A stretch of 64,000 nt of DNA from Amoebophrya sp. A120 (taxonomy: Eukaryota > Protista > Dinoflagellata): positions 8,401,599 through 8,465,598 of the forward strand of contig CAJINV010000001.1 of assembly GCA_905178155.1 (NCBI GenBank), read 5' to 3'. The notes under the pieces are model-generated. The model saw only the letters and a program-made list of their open reading frames with translations. It was not told the DNA's origin and ran no database searches. Positions 10,389 through 23,151 of this stretch are shown piece by piece (within the stretch, counting starts at the first letter, position 1; each line of letters starts with the position of its first letter). Both the position numbers and the translations under genes were made by a program.

Positions 10389-13300
10389 TCATTCTTCATC
10401 CTCAATTCCGTCGACCAGTTCATCGTCGTCCATCTCGCTTCCAGAGGAGCTAGTAGCGTCAGCAACATCTCGATCTGCTTCATTGTCGAGTTGCAGCGCC
10501 CTTTTCTTCTTGCACTGCTTTTCGTGGTTCAGCATCCTCGTCTTCGCCCCGATTTTTCGCTGGTATTTCCGTGGCCACGGGACCTCGTGGCTGGCGCATA
10601 CCGGGCATCGTATCCGCGTCGCCTTGAACTTGCTCGCCTCGTTGTCAGGCAGGAAGCGTTCCGGTGGAAGAACGTGCTTCATCTTGTTCGTGTATTTCGG
10701 TGGTATAAAATAATTATAATCTTCGACGACGCCCCTACCAAACCAAAGCCCCAGGCCGATGCAGTCAGTTTTGCATCGTGCATTCACATCAGCACGACCG
10801 GACTCCGGGAGCGCCGCTTGGAGGCCGTATCGCCAGTGCTCCCCTGTTTCGTCCGTAGAGAGCACGCATGTGCCGGTGGTCAGCAACAGCACCAAGTTGT
10901 CCATCATCTGCAGCTTGTCATCGGTGAGAGAGGCCATCAGCTACGTGTCAACAAGGACACGCAGCTGGAGAAAGTCTCGCTGTGCATCACGAGCAGCCTG
11001 CCATCGGTGAGGAAGAGGAAGCCATCAACTACGTGCCAACAGGGGCACGCAGCCGGAACATGAGACTGCAGCACGCAGTCAGCCAGCCAAAGATCCGTCG
11101 CGGGAACAGGAACCAACCGGGAGCGGTGGGCGGGGTTTTCTTGAAAACATCCCACAACATCCGCGCGCGCGCGCGGCTACACCTAAGAGCTTTAGGGTCT
11201 TCACACTCTCGGCCCACATCCATCTTTCTCTCACGCATCACTCCGCAGCACGCATCCACCAAAAACATCCAAGAAAGGATCCACATGCAAAGCAGCGCAA
11301 CCAACTGACATCGGCCGCCTGGGGCTGTCTCATCTTTTAATTATTTGTCGGCACTACTGAGGGCCGTGAATACAATTCCCGGACTTGCCATGCAAAAACT
11401 CTTCGACCGGACCGCAGTAATCTCCTGGCTCCGACACGAGACGCACGAACTCATCCGCTTTGTGCAAGTTCAAGTGCGCCCGCAGTGCTCGGAGGCTCCC
11501 ACCAAGATTCACGTCGCAGGTTCTGCATCGCAACGCCCCGCCCTCGCCAGGGGCAGGCCCGTATATCCCGCCCGAGTCCGCAATAATCTTCTCCTCCTGT
11601 CGCGCCGTTGTGTCAGTACTGAGCTCGACCTGTTTCGCCCGAAGTCGCTGGGCGCTTCGTGTCGGCTGGCCCGCGGCGCGCCTGTTGTTGACCGGCGGCC
11701 GGTGCTCGTCGTACCGCAGACGCTGCCGACCCGTCTCTCGCCCCGCTTGCTCGCCTGCGACGCCCTCAGCAAGTTCTCCAGCTTTTCCTTTTCTGTTGCC
11801 GCGCAGGTGCCGTCGGTGGGGTAGCGCAACAAAAGGCCCGCGCTGTCGAGGTTCTTCTGCTCCGGCGGAAATACTGCCCGCGCGCGCCGCGTCGATTCGG
11901 AGACCACTGCATACGTTACTGTAAACATGCAGGGACTTGAAGGACAACCCTCTTGGAGTCCGATCGGAAGAATAAAATCTTCCTGCTCCCGCGCTTCCTG
12001 GCACCAGGCGTCGCGGTGGCAGGCCGACAACCCTGCCCAGGTGCGTGCGCGGGAGATCCCAAGCCGATCGCTGACCGACGTAACACATTTCCAGCTCAAT
12101 GATGGAAATGCTTTTCTTAGATCAAGAAACAGCCCCCACGGGACCGCGTACTGTTCATGATTCTGGAAGTCGCGAGCATCTTCAGTCATGCGCCGGAATA
12201 GTACGAGGGCGTCGCTTGCGTTTCTCCCGGGAACAAGCCCCCCCGAAGCTTTCCGGGTCTATCAGGCCGTGTTCGACGATGACGGCCTGCAGCCGCTTCG
12301 TGAGGCAGTGCGCGAGCACTTTTGCCAAAGTCGGCACCGCCGATATGCCACGATAAGTCGCGAGTTTTGTGCGGTCGCCCGTTTTGTGTTGCCAGGTGAT
12401 CTTGGTCCGCCGGTACATGCGGCCAATGCGCTGCAGGCCCCGCCCAGCCGCAAGTTCGCAGCTCAGCTCGTCCAAAAATATCTGCGCGCAAGCATCGTCA
12501 AGCGCATCGAAGACCTGCTTCGGCCAGCATTGGAAGTCGTTCCCGGGCCGCACCTCCTTCAGCGCCTTCCGCCATTCAGCTAAGTCGATCGGCCGATCAA
12601 GGTCGCGCACGCAGCTCTGCGGAAGCGGGTCCACGTACTCCGTGGCGTCGAAACTGCAATGCGGGTGGGCCTTCGCGATGACCTGCGTGAGGTAGAACTC
12701 CGCCCAGCCGCCCGGCGCAGTTGATGGCCCCCGCTGTTTCCTGCACCCTCCGATGTGCGCCCAAAGCGCCCGAAGCTTCGATGGGCAGCCCGCTGGAGCA
12801 GCTGCAGCAGCAGGGGCACACTCTTCGCGAATGCGCTTCTGCTCTTTCTTGTCGGCCTTAATGCGAAGAGCCCGCTCCTGCCCGGTTTCCATCAGAACTG
12901 CCTCGGATTCCGACATCGCCGCCAAAAACTTTTGCAACCCCGAGGGCGCATCTCCGCCTGGATCATCAAGTGCGCCGTCGCCACCGGGGATGAGGGAGGG
13001 GTTGGCCGCGGCCTGGGAACGCAGGGTGGACTGACAGCACCTGACTGGAAAAGAATGCCTGTAGCTCCGGCGTGATGGGGACGACCCCGACCCACTTCTG
13101 CCCTTTCCGTGTTTGCCCCGTCACCCCGTCATCTACACCAGCCCGAGGAACCGCAAGCGTGATGGTCTTCCCGTAATGGTCCAGCGCTGTTGTGCCATCT
13201 TCCCGCAGCGTAGTCTTGTCACGCAGAACTTCGCACCGCTCGACCTTCTGGACCCGTCCCAGGAAGCGGCCGGCCGTAATGAAGCCGCCAACTTCCGATC

Positions 13301-15698
13301 GCTGCTCCCCCCGAAAAAAGGTATAGCGGTCGTCGCCATTGTCGCCAATCTCGAAAAACGAATCAACGAGCCGGAGGTTGTTCTTGGACAAGAACCGCAG
13401 CAGTGCGTGCCCCTTGGGGCTTGTAGGCTTTGTCGTACAAGCGTGCTCCCCGACCGCAAACCCGGCAACCTCGGCCCCGACATGGCAGCTCAAATCTCCC
13501 GCGATGAAGAACGGAAGGTCGCGGCGCCCCTTCCGTCGCAGCGTGCGACGCACGTATTTGCCGAGGTCCCGCAGGTAGGCAGCAACGTCGGCAGGGTCGG
13601 CATTGGCGGGTGCGTAGGCGCTGAACAAGGTGAAGCTGCGGAAAAACCCCGCGCAGGTTCGCTCCCGCACCTCGAATCGTTCTGCTAGGTCTTCGTCAGT
13701 CAGCCTGGTGAGCTCGTCGAAGACCGGTCCGCTGCGCACCGCAATGCCTGCGCCCGGCCCAAGGCAGGCGATATATCCCCGCCCCCGTGTCACGTAGTCC
13801 TTCGTCTCGGCGATGCAGGCGGAAGAGCTGGCCTCGGAGTCCGAGTCTGCATCTGCTGCAGCTGCGACCCCCTGTATGGTCTCGCCGTTTAACCGTTTGA
13901 CTCCTTGTAGCCCGCAGCCCGACTTCCCCCACCGGGTTTCTGATAAAGCGATGACACCAAAGCGCTCCGGGGCGTTCTGCAGAATACGGTCCCGAGCGTC
14001 AACCCCGATCACCGCCTCCCGAACGTTCTGCGTCGTGATTTCAACCGAGTCGCAGTCGCCTGCAGCCCCGGCATTGAAGACGTTGTAGTCGGAACAGGGC
14101 CGACGCGCAAAACGGGAGTAGTCACAGGGCTTTTTGTCGTCGGTCTTCTTCTTCTTGGTACTGTCCTGCTGCGCAGGTGCCGCGTCGTCTGTTGCCGGTG
14201 CTGCTGCTTTCCTGGCCTGTCGCGCCTGGCGACTTGCAAGAACAGCTTCAGAGTACGAGGGGCAGATCTCGGCTGCGTAGTCAGCAGGACGAGCGGCCCG
14301 CCCGCTCGTGAGTCGCAGACTGTACTTCGAAACCCGAAGCCCATCGCTGCTGTCTCCCGTCTGCATCGCTATTCCCTCGCTCGCAAGACCAAATACGACC
14401 TTCGCAGCATGTCGAACACAGGAACTTCTATCAAGGCGGGCCGTGGGTGCTGCCCTGCTCTTCCGCGGACACTTTCTTTTTGTTCTTCTGAAACAGGAGC
14501 GAAACACGGCACAGACATTCTCCCAGACGTTCGCTATCAGACTGTCAAGGTAGAGCAGTAGTGTAGATCCAATCCAAACAAGGTCAATAATCTTTGTCTT
14601 CAAGTCGATCGCCGCAACACTGCAGCATGCGATCCCGATGTACAACAGAAAAATCCTCAACCCGAGTTCGCAGGTGCCGGAGCTCTTTGTCTCCGTGCTG
14701 CGCTGAAAAAATACCGGGTCCTTCAAGGTGCGAGAGCAAAAGGTCCTGGCCGGATGCAGTGCACCATGCTGAAAAAATACGGCAGTGGAGCGAGTAAACG
14801 TAGGTGTGGACGCATAGCATCGTCCTTGTTGCTGGATCGCTTCACATCCAAAAGTCATGACGTCGTAGAGCACTTTGGTAATGACATGTCGAAGAGGAAA
14901 AAGATGTCGCGTTACTTCGTACGAAACAGGCATGATGATCAGCTGGATCAGTAAGGAGAAGAACCTGGGGGAGACGATCCAACTCGCGGTAATGAGGCAG
15001 AGGTAGATGGTCAAGTTGATGAAATCGATGCAGCGAACCGCTCCGGTTATCGGGAGGGCGCACCAGCCCCACTGCCATTCATTGCTGCTGCAGCCGCTGC
15101 TGCTCCCGAGCCCAGCACTGGCACACTCCGCTTCGCACGCGTGTCCTCCACGGGCTTCTCCAGCGCTTCTTCCCGCTGTCGCTTCGACGCCGGCTGTCCG
15201 CCATCCTGCTCCACCAGCGGGTTGCTTCCTGTTCTGGGTTCCTGCGGCGGTGCCGCGACCTGTGGCGGTGCTGCCGTTGCCACCGAGGCCTGGGTTCCCG
15301 TCGGTCCGCCCACCGCGCCCTTCGCCCCCAGTGTCGCTGCAGCGCCCTTCTTCCCGTATAACGATATCTGTATTTTTCGAAGATTCATTATCGTGATTTG
15401 CGTAAATGGGGAAGAACTTTGCGCCATGATCGTGCGTCATATTTCCACTTCCTGCCGGCTTGCATGCTGTCGCTGGAAAGGAAGTCTTGTAGGCTTTGCG
15501 CCCCGCAACTCGAATAAATGCGCGATCGCGCGCGATGTCGCAGCTAGCCCCATCGTCGGTCTTGCTCTTCTGTTCGGTGACGCCCTCCGCATGCGTTGGC
15601 AGAGGTGTCGCCGGCGTGAGCGATGGATTTCTTAGACTGTGGAGAGTGCTACAAATATCAATTACCTGACTCATCCCTGCCTGTATCGTGTTCATCAT
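10389..15698 (-). pseudogene. LINE ORF2 (APE-RT-Zn finger), broken by frameshifts
   Basis: Motifs are spread over ORFs 12966-15698, 12182-12937, 11509-12189, 11354-12088 and 10389-10937. No intact YADD; the best candidate is QMMDNLVLL. Confidence 0.75.
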
Positions 15699-15822
15699 GG
15701 TCTGCAGCTGGGCGCCGACCTGAACCTTGAACCCCTCGATGTGGTTCTAGCATGCCCCGACCCGCCTCTGCATTTCCTCGCGCGAGGTGAGCATGTCCTC
15801 GCGCAGCGTGGCGAACTCCGTA

Positions 15823-16608
15823 TCACAGACATTGTCCCTGTAAGGTCGAGAAGTGGTCCCGCGCCGCTTCGATGCCGGAGGTCGCCGCGTCGATCTTCGC
15901 CCCCTGGTCCTCGACCTTGGCCTTCATCTGTTCGAATTCCTCATCGCGGGCCGCCAGTGCTTCGTCGATGAGCACCCGGACCTCGTCGCGCGTAAACATG
16001 CTGTCGCGGCCGGGGTTGGCGCCTAAAGCGGGAAATGTACCGCCCTCCTGCATGGCCTGAGCGTTGCGCCACGGTGCGGGCGTCGGTTCTGCAAAGGTGA
16101 GCGGCTGACCAGTTTCCGTTACGAGTTGAACGTCGCGCGCAATCCAGGACCAGTGCTGCTCCCCGGTGAGCGGGTTCCTCCGCTTGTACGTGTCGATAAC
16201 AAACTTCACATGAGCGCCCGGCTGCAGTTCGCTCTGTCGCTGCCCGTATTTAACGCTGCCGATTGTCGAGTAGATTCCCTTGAACCAGCCCCGTTCGGTC
16301 CGCTCCGATCTCCACTCCCCGACTCTCGTCGCGCGGAGGGGCTGCACCCAGAAAAACCCGTTGGTCACTGCTTTCGTCTTGGGGTCCCGCCCGAGATTCA
16401 AGATCTGCCCCAATACATATCCGCCTGGGAGGAGACAGTCCAGGCCAGCGGGCTCCACATCGCTGCTGTCGAGCGTAGCGCTGTAGACTTGTTTCCTGCC
16501 GGTGTAGCTGTTGTTTTCGTCCGCGCCACCGAGCGCCGGGAACGTGGTGGAGGACGACGCCGTTGCAGTTGCGCTCTCCTGCATCGTGACGTCGCTGTCG
16601 ACGGCCAT
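15823..16608 (-). CDS. Putative LINE ORF1 protein with C-terminal coiled coil
   Basis: Intronless 261-aa ORF directly upstream of ORF2, same strand, with heptad-like DEALAARDEEFEQMKAKVEDQ. Confidence 0.6.
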   Translation of the reverse strand: MAVDSDVTMQESATATASSSTTFPALGGADENNSYTGRKQVYSATLDSSDVEPAGLDCLLPGGYVLGQILNLGRDPKTKAVTNGFFWVQPLRATRVGEWRSERTERGWFKGIYSTIGSVKYGQRQSELQPGAHVKFVIDTYKRRNPLTGEQHWSWIARDVQLVTETGQPLTFAEPTPAPWRNAQAMQEGGTFPALGANPGRDSMFTRDEVRVLIDEALAARDEEFEQMKAKVEDQGAKIDAATSGIEAARDHFSTLQGQCL

Positions 16609-17435
16609 CCTCGACGCGCCGTAGCGCTCGAGGCAGCCGGAACGTCGGAAGTGCGGCAGTCAGGTCGCAGGGTGTAAATAAGCCGCAATCAAAAAGTTGC
16701 GATCAGGAGAAACGTCTTAACTCCATCGGAAGGCGCCTGGAGGCGAGCGCTCTCAACTATCAGTACGTGGCACAGGTGCGCACTCTCAGCACGCACGCTT
16801 TCAGCTATTTACCGCGCCTCTATATAAGTTGGGATGACACACAAGTCTGCCTGCATTCTTCCAAGACAACGCCGCCTGACATGCCAAATATAGCCGCGGC
16901 GGTGGAGGTAGTGAGGTCGCGACCGCTTTCTTGCCCCCGCCTCTGCCCGCCGCGGGCCAGCCCCGATTTTGTTCTGTGCGCGCCCACCCCCCCCCCCCCC
17001 CCCGTGGATAACGTAACGCCGCACGGACTGGCGGCCAACAGTAATCCGGCACAGTTTTTCTCGATTTAAAAAAAGCCACCTGCGGAAGCCAGCCCCGAAG
17101 GTGTGGAGCCGGTCTGCGCACCGTAGCAGGCGCGCAAAAAAATCAGGCCAATGGGATGGAACTGGCTTCATGGGCCTGGTGCGCTTTTTCTTTTTTGCGG
17201 TTCCATTTTTCACGGGCGCAATTTTTCCAGAGCCTCCCAGCATCTGTCAGCAACCAGCGAACAGGCGGTCGCGCACGCGATCGCCCAGACGTCTCCGAAA
17301 TCGCGGCCGCGCTATGGAGACCCTAGATGGAGGACAGAGATCCAGCGGAAGCTGGTCGCCATCGGGCAGTCAGCCCGACGTTGGAGTGTGCAACCCTCCT
17401 GCTTGATCGTGTACTTAAATTGATAAACTTTGAAC

Positions 17436-18809
17436 CTGGTCGTTGACGAACGCCACCGCGCTCTTGACGCTACCTTTTGCTTCTTCCGCCAGGTTCATCG
17501 CGGCCTTCATCGTCGTTTCTGCTGCCAGCATCGTCGTTTCTGCTGCCAGTCCCACGGCACTCTTGAAGACGTTCTGGAACTTCTCGAACTCCGAGGGTGC
17601 CCGCGTCAGCTCCATGAGGGAGGTAGAAGCGGCTGCGCCGACTGTTCGGCTGACGTTGAACGGCATCGCCGAGGAAGGTCCCAAGTCGCTCGAGCTCTCG
17701 GGTTCGGGGAGGGCCTGCCGCGGTGAAGATGGGAGCCCGTCGCCGTGGTTGTCGTAGTAGCCCGGGGGGGGCAACGGGAGAGCATCGCGCTCCTGCAAAT
17801 ACGAACCCAGCTTGTGCGACGCGTCAGAACGGCCAAAGAGGTGTGTGTGCTCTGTGATATGTTGGGAAAGATCTTCCCGGATTTTTGCAAGTCGCGCTTT
17901 CACTCCACCTTCATCTGCTTCCAAAAACAATTCTCCAACTAGGTGCACCACCAGAGCGGTCATTTCGACGAACAGATGCGTAATGCTAGAAATGCCCGCG
18001 GCGAGAAGTAAGTCAGAAAAGGTGCAAGCTTTTTGCAGTGGGTTGTGCAGCGTGCTGGCTGCAAAATGATGCGCGGATGCGACCCAGCCATGGAACTTCA
18101 ATGCGGCGTGCGTTCTAAGTTTCTCGAAAGTGTCAGGCACATGTTTAAACAGCGTAGTGGCAACGTGGTCGTCGATTCCCTTACTTAGGTGGGAGAGCAT
18201 GTCATCCAATCCGTTGTGCACCAGGTGCGTTGTGGTGTGCAGTAAGTGCCTCGCGCCGAGCGCCACATCGTGTTCCAATCGCACCGCCGCACCCTTCTGA
18301 AAATCATTCCACTTTCTGACAAATCCAGTTTTTGCCTCCGTGCTGCGCGGAGTAAGGACAGCAATGACTTTCGACGATTGTTTTCTTGCCCGGACCGCAA
18401 ATACCTCCACCAAAGAAGCCACTGTGTGGATTCCGCGGTTCAACAATTGATCGAACGTGGCCTCCGCTTGCTCGATGAGGGAGCGTTTCTTCGTCGATGT
18501 GCCCGTGGGGCTGCTGTGTCTCTCGGCGCGGCGTTTCATTATCATATTTGCCAGTTCCTTCTTGTGCTGTTCTTTCTCACCGACCCACTGTCCTCCTAGA
18601 ACCTTGCAAACATGCTGGTCGTGGCTGTGCTGGGCGGCGTCGAGGAACGAGGGCGGTTCTTGGGCGAATTCCTGGACTTTCACATCCACCCCGTCGTGCT
18701 TCACCGTGAACTCGCGAATGCCTTCGCCCAGATCCGTGGCGTTCGTGTACTCATACGCCGCAACTGTCAGCGGTGACGCTAGCTGGGCGAGGAGTGCCCA
18801 ACACTTCAT
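17436..18809 (-). CDS. Hypothetical secreted His/Ala-rich helical protein, 5' exon
   Basis: Long ORF. MKCWALLAQLASPLTVAA resembles a signal peptide. CAG|GT donor at 17435 lies just before the stop. Confidence 0.7.
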
Positions 18810-19301
18810 GCGGAAATGCGCGGAGACGTGCGAAGTTTTAGAAGTCAACATCCTTTTAGCCGTAAACTAACTCATATTTTTGCTTCTTGTGTGTTACTCG
18901 CATTCGTCTCTCTGCCTTTTATCCTGCAGACCATCGTCACGCTTGACAGTTCAAAGCCAGATCTTCAGACATGTGCTTACCGAAGAAGAGACGAGACCAT
19001 TCAATTTATTCGAAGAACAAGAACATCTTCATCTTCACTGGAAGAGAAGAGAAACACCAGATTCTTTTTTTGAATTTGGTCACAATCAAAAAGCGGAGAC
19101 CGCTATTGCTGGACGTATGAAAATGAGGCATGGAAGTCCGGTAATGTAGGAATCACAGTATTTTCTTTGGGCCGCGTACACGCTGTGCAGAATCTTCCAG
19201 TAGGTTTAATTTTTAATGATGAACTAAGAAAGAAAATCATACACCCTCTAGGTCTCTAGTTTTGGGTCGATCTACGCTCACTGAGGATTTCAGTCGTTTT
19301 T

Positions 19302-21618
19302 ATTCGGGAAAGTTTCGGGAAAGGGTTCGCCCGTTCGCAAGTTCCACACTTCTGATGGTGTAGCACCAGCAAACCAGCCAATCCCACACTTCTAATGGTG
19401 CGCGTGAGGCAAAGCCACCAGTGTGGCCGGACTTATGTTATTAGTTGTTATGCTCCCAAATGGTGACTGCAGCACCAGGAGCCCAAGCAATCCGAAGGGG
19501 TTAGAGCTTGGATTAAGAATTACTTGCACGGAGCCGCGAGCCGACTCGACCCCCACAAGCGGGGGCCCTAACTTATCGCATTAAGCTATTAGGCGGACTA
19601 CCACCGGGAGGTCACCACTGAATTGTTTAGGGATCACGCACGAAATGAATCTACGCACCCGGATTAGCAGACCGGGCATTACAACATAATGGAAAGCGTG
19701 CTGAACTGATCCCCGCAGACAAAAAAGCGGGCCTATTGTATCTAGGTGGATAAAGTTTTTTCTATTGCTAAGTGCCAAGAGCCTTCCTCATCAACATCAA
19801 ATCTTCATGGCGCCCATCGGAATGCAGGTGTAGTGCGGCAGGTGGGGCGGGGACCAAGTACTACTTGCAGCCGGAGTACCAGTTTGAAAATACCTTTCGT
19901 CACATCGGAGTAGCAGTAGGTAGTGCGGGAAGAAGTTTATCAAAGGACGGCCGGCGAGCAGGTGTCGGGTTGTGGAAGGACAGCAACAAGTCCTTGGTGG
20001 CAGTACCGTAGTGCAAGCTGCAGCAGGTTCCGTGAAAGTCGCGCAACTTGTCGGCCACGAGCGGAGGCACAAAATCCCGCTGACCAGCTACGGATCGTGG
20101 GTGGTAGTTCGTGTCGTGTGGCTTCGGGCGGGAGCGCCGACGGTATGACGCTGAACAGCAGATAGGTGGAGCTAGTAGGTAAAGGGCAGGACGCCATCGG
20201 GAATCGGGGGCAGAGCCGGGCGGATTCCTGGCCGCGATGGTGGTGCAGTGTACATGCGGGCGGCGGTAAAATGGCGCTGTGCGAGGTCTGCAGAAACTAC
20301 CCGGCTGCACCGATGCGTGACAGATCAAAACTACATTTTCCATGTGGGATCCCAACCGCAGCGGAGCCTCCAAGAAATACTACGATCAGACATCAGTGCC
20401 CGTGGGGGCGCATCACAACGTGAATGTGCGAAGCAGAAAGCAAAGTTCCTATCGGAATTTTGCAAAAAAAGGCAAACAGATCGCACAAACTCAACATGCA
20501 AAACCCGAGGGCGCAGGCCAGATCGGCGGACACACGATCAATCAACATCGCGAAGAAGGTATATAGTCTCGGGGAGTCTGATGGTAGTGTGATTAGGCGC
20601 AGTTGGGTCCGAAATGTAGTTTTTCTGTTGGCGTGGCAGGGGGGGGATGGCGGTCGCGGATAAAACCAATAGCTCCGCCGGTGCTATTGGAGTACCACCA
20701 GGCGCATCTTTAGTTTTGGCGTATTCCAGGCTCAAATGCTACCGTAAATGAAAATGGGAATAAAGTGAATGACGAAGATGCGGCAATTACAAAGTTCGTC
20801 AAAATATTTGTTGTTCAGCGCGACGGACTCTACCTCAACAGAAGTGACAGTTGAAATACGGGAGTACTACCACTACCACCTACTTTGTTTCTCAATTTGC
20901 TCAGCAAAACCAATGCCGCGGCCTTAAGACGAAACAGCAACAGTCAGTGGATAGAACTCAGAGAACTTATTTGCCATAGCCCTGTTTCCTGTTGTTTTGA
21001 TTAAATGTTTTTTTTAATTGAGAATTGCAATTTTTTCATTTCACAACGTGGTATACAGCATTTTTTGACATCGACAAATTTATCGCATGACTTACGAAAG
21101 GCGAAGCTTATTCGTTTCACGTCAACTCATTTCTGTTTTTAATTTTCGGGAAAGATTAGTCGCAAAATTTAGATGGACGTTGTATGTCTGAATGGACGAG
21201 TATACGTTTCAATCATACAAATTGAGTTTTTGACGCTTGCATCGACGACATAATCATACAAAGTAGGATCGTATCGCAGAATCAGATCGGCTGCTGTGAC
21301 TCGTGGATCGGCAACAGGGTCTCCTCAGCGGCGGGTCGTGGTGGTCGGGGTATGGTTGGCGGGCCTCGTACGACCGCCGGCGTCCGCACCTCGGTGTTCG
21401 GGCGTTTCGGGGTGGGGCCATTGGTCGCCTGGTCCTGCGGCTGGTTAGCAGCACCGCCGGGACGTTTCAGCTTGGCCTGGTTTTCCTGTTCCTTTTTCCG
21501 TTTATTGACTTGACTTGACTTGACTTGAAGTTTCGGGTATTGGAAGATTCGGGAAGTTTCGGGAAAGGCTTCGCCCGTTCGCAAGTTCCACACTTCTGAT
21601 GGTGTAGCACCAGCAAAC
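19302..21618. mobile_element. Segment bounded by ~72-bp direct repeats, probable decayed mobile element
   Basis: ATTCGGGAA(A)GTTTCGGGAAAGG[G/C]TTCGCCCGTTCGCAAGTTCCACACTTCTGATGGTGTAGCACCAGCAAAC at 19302-19374 and 21547-21618. (TTGAC)4 at 21505-21524. Only broken ORFs inside. Confidence 0.5.
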
Positions 21619-21891
21619 TACCAATACTTGACGCCGATCGTTCTGATATAGTCGTAGGAACAAGCACAACTACATCCACCTCTACTTGGATGGGAACAGG
21701 ATAAAAGATAAAGAAGTAGAACTGCAACTGCTCTGAAGAAAAAACTTGAAAATAAAGACAAGCGACTAAACGATCTTCACTACGTGATGATGGGAGTGAC
21801 ACGATGTTTTCCGATGTTTTTCTATCAAATATTTTTTTTCCTTTCCAACATCGGGCCGCTACCGGGCTGTTCATCTTCGCGCCGTTGTTTC

Positions 21892-22875
21892 TTACATGAT
21901 GTCACGCTTGACGTTTGAAGCCCCAGCGGCGCGCTCCGCTGCGGCGAGCTCTTGAGTGCGGGTGCGAAACAGGGCTTCGTGCTGAAACAGACCATCCTCG
22001 GTCAATTGCTCGGACTGCGGGACCTCGAAGTCCGCTGCAACCACGACTGCCTCGGCCTGGGCCGCACTGGCCGCGCGTGGTCCGCTGGTGCGCTGTCCCG
22101 TGGCGCGTTGCGCGGACGCCCGCTGCTGTTGCACCGTCATCGCGGCTGCGGGAACGCCGGGGTTGCTGTTCTGGCGGTCAAGCAGGACGGGCCTTCCCCC
22201 CGCCGGGGTTTTGCTGTGCGGGCGCGCAATGCCAAATTGATTCATCGCCGCCGTGATCTTGGCGACCTCGTGCGCCTCTTGCGCGGCGCGGGCCTGCTCC
22301 TTGAAGTAGCGCCCAGTTTCGTCCTGCGGCTTGTAGCAGGCCGCGTAGTAGCAGCACATGCTGATGCCCACAAACAGGACGATCAGAACGAACCCCGAGA
22401 TCATCAGGTTGCGGGAGTTGATCCCCTCGTCGTTCGCTTTCCCGGACTTCCGTCCGCCCGATGCAGTGTGATCATCAACCGGGGGAACCCCATCCGGAGC
22501 CGCGGCCGGCGGGGAGGCTTGCGCGCTGGCTTTCGGGGAACCAGCAATGGTCATGGTAAGCTTCACCGGTTCCGATTTTGCGGACGTCGCGACCCTCTTC
22601 TCGTGTTCTTGCCTAGCCTTCCTCGTGGCTGCAACTGTCTCATGCTGGCGCTCGGTCAAACTTTTCGAGGAGACCTGGACAAACTGCGCAGAGCTACGGG
22701 CGGCGCTCGACGCTTTGGGTGTATTCCTCTTGTCGGAAACCTGCTGTCGCGGTTGCTTCACGATCGCGTGCTTCGTAACACGTGGCTGTATCACATACGC
22801 TTGCGCCGACTGCTCCCTGCCAGAGCAGAGCGCCGCGGCTCCTGCCACAAAAAGCTTCTTCAGTTTTTCGTGCAT
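21892..22875 (-). CDS. Hypothetical type I membrane protein
   Basis: 327-aa ORF with a signal-like N-terminus (LFVAGAAALCSG) and one TM helix (LMISGFVLIVLFVGISMCCYYA). Confidence 0.75.
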   Translation of the reverse strand: MHEKLKKLFVAGAAALCSGREQSAQAYVIQPRVTKHAIVKQPRQQVSDKRNTPKASSAARSSAQFVQVSSKSLTERQHETVAATRKARQEHEKRVATSAKSEPVKLTMTIAGSPKASAQASPPAAAPDGVPPVDDHTASGGRKSGKANDEGINSRNLMISGFVLIVLFVGISMCCYYAACYKPQDETGRYFKEQARAAQEAHEVAKITAAMNQFGIARPHSKTPAGGRPVLLDRQNSNPGVPAAAMTVQQQRASAQRATGQRTSGPRAASAAQAEAVVVAADFEVPQSEQLTEDGLFQHEALFRTRTQELAAAERAAGASNVKRDIM

Positions 22876-23151
22876 TTTCTCCTCCTAATAGTTTTCTGTC
22901 AAGTTGTCATCCTAAATCTGCAACTTGTGCTGGTGGAAGTACTTGTTCTACGAGTATAACTCCTATTGCTGAGCAGGGGCAGTTAAAATTTTACAACAGG
23001 GAGGAAAATCGCCCACGCCAAAAATTTTTTTGCAGTTTTCAAACTTTCAAAAGCTTCTGGGAGTTCGCCCAATGTCCATCGCCCAGCCGCCCATTGTCCG
23101 CCGTCCAATGTCCGTCGCACAATGCCCATCGCACAACTCCCATCGCCCAAA

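Larger units (their letters stand above)
10226..16700 (-). mobile_element. Degenerate non-LTR retrotransposon (LINE; APE endonuclease + RT). 5' end approximate
   Basis: ORF1-like 15823-16608. APE motifs TQNVR, IALSETRW, SAYAP, IAGDLSCHVG, YTFF and LDH. RT motifs KTGDRTKLATYRGIS, FLDLRKAFPS and GLQEGCPSSP in frameshifted ORFs. Cys/His fingers and a (GAT)5 tail at 10226-10240. Confidence 0.85.

Noticed and set aside
10200-17435. TSD for the LINE
   Set aside because: I could not find the sequence flanking the (GAT)n tail repeated at the 5' side, so the 5' boundary is left approximate.
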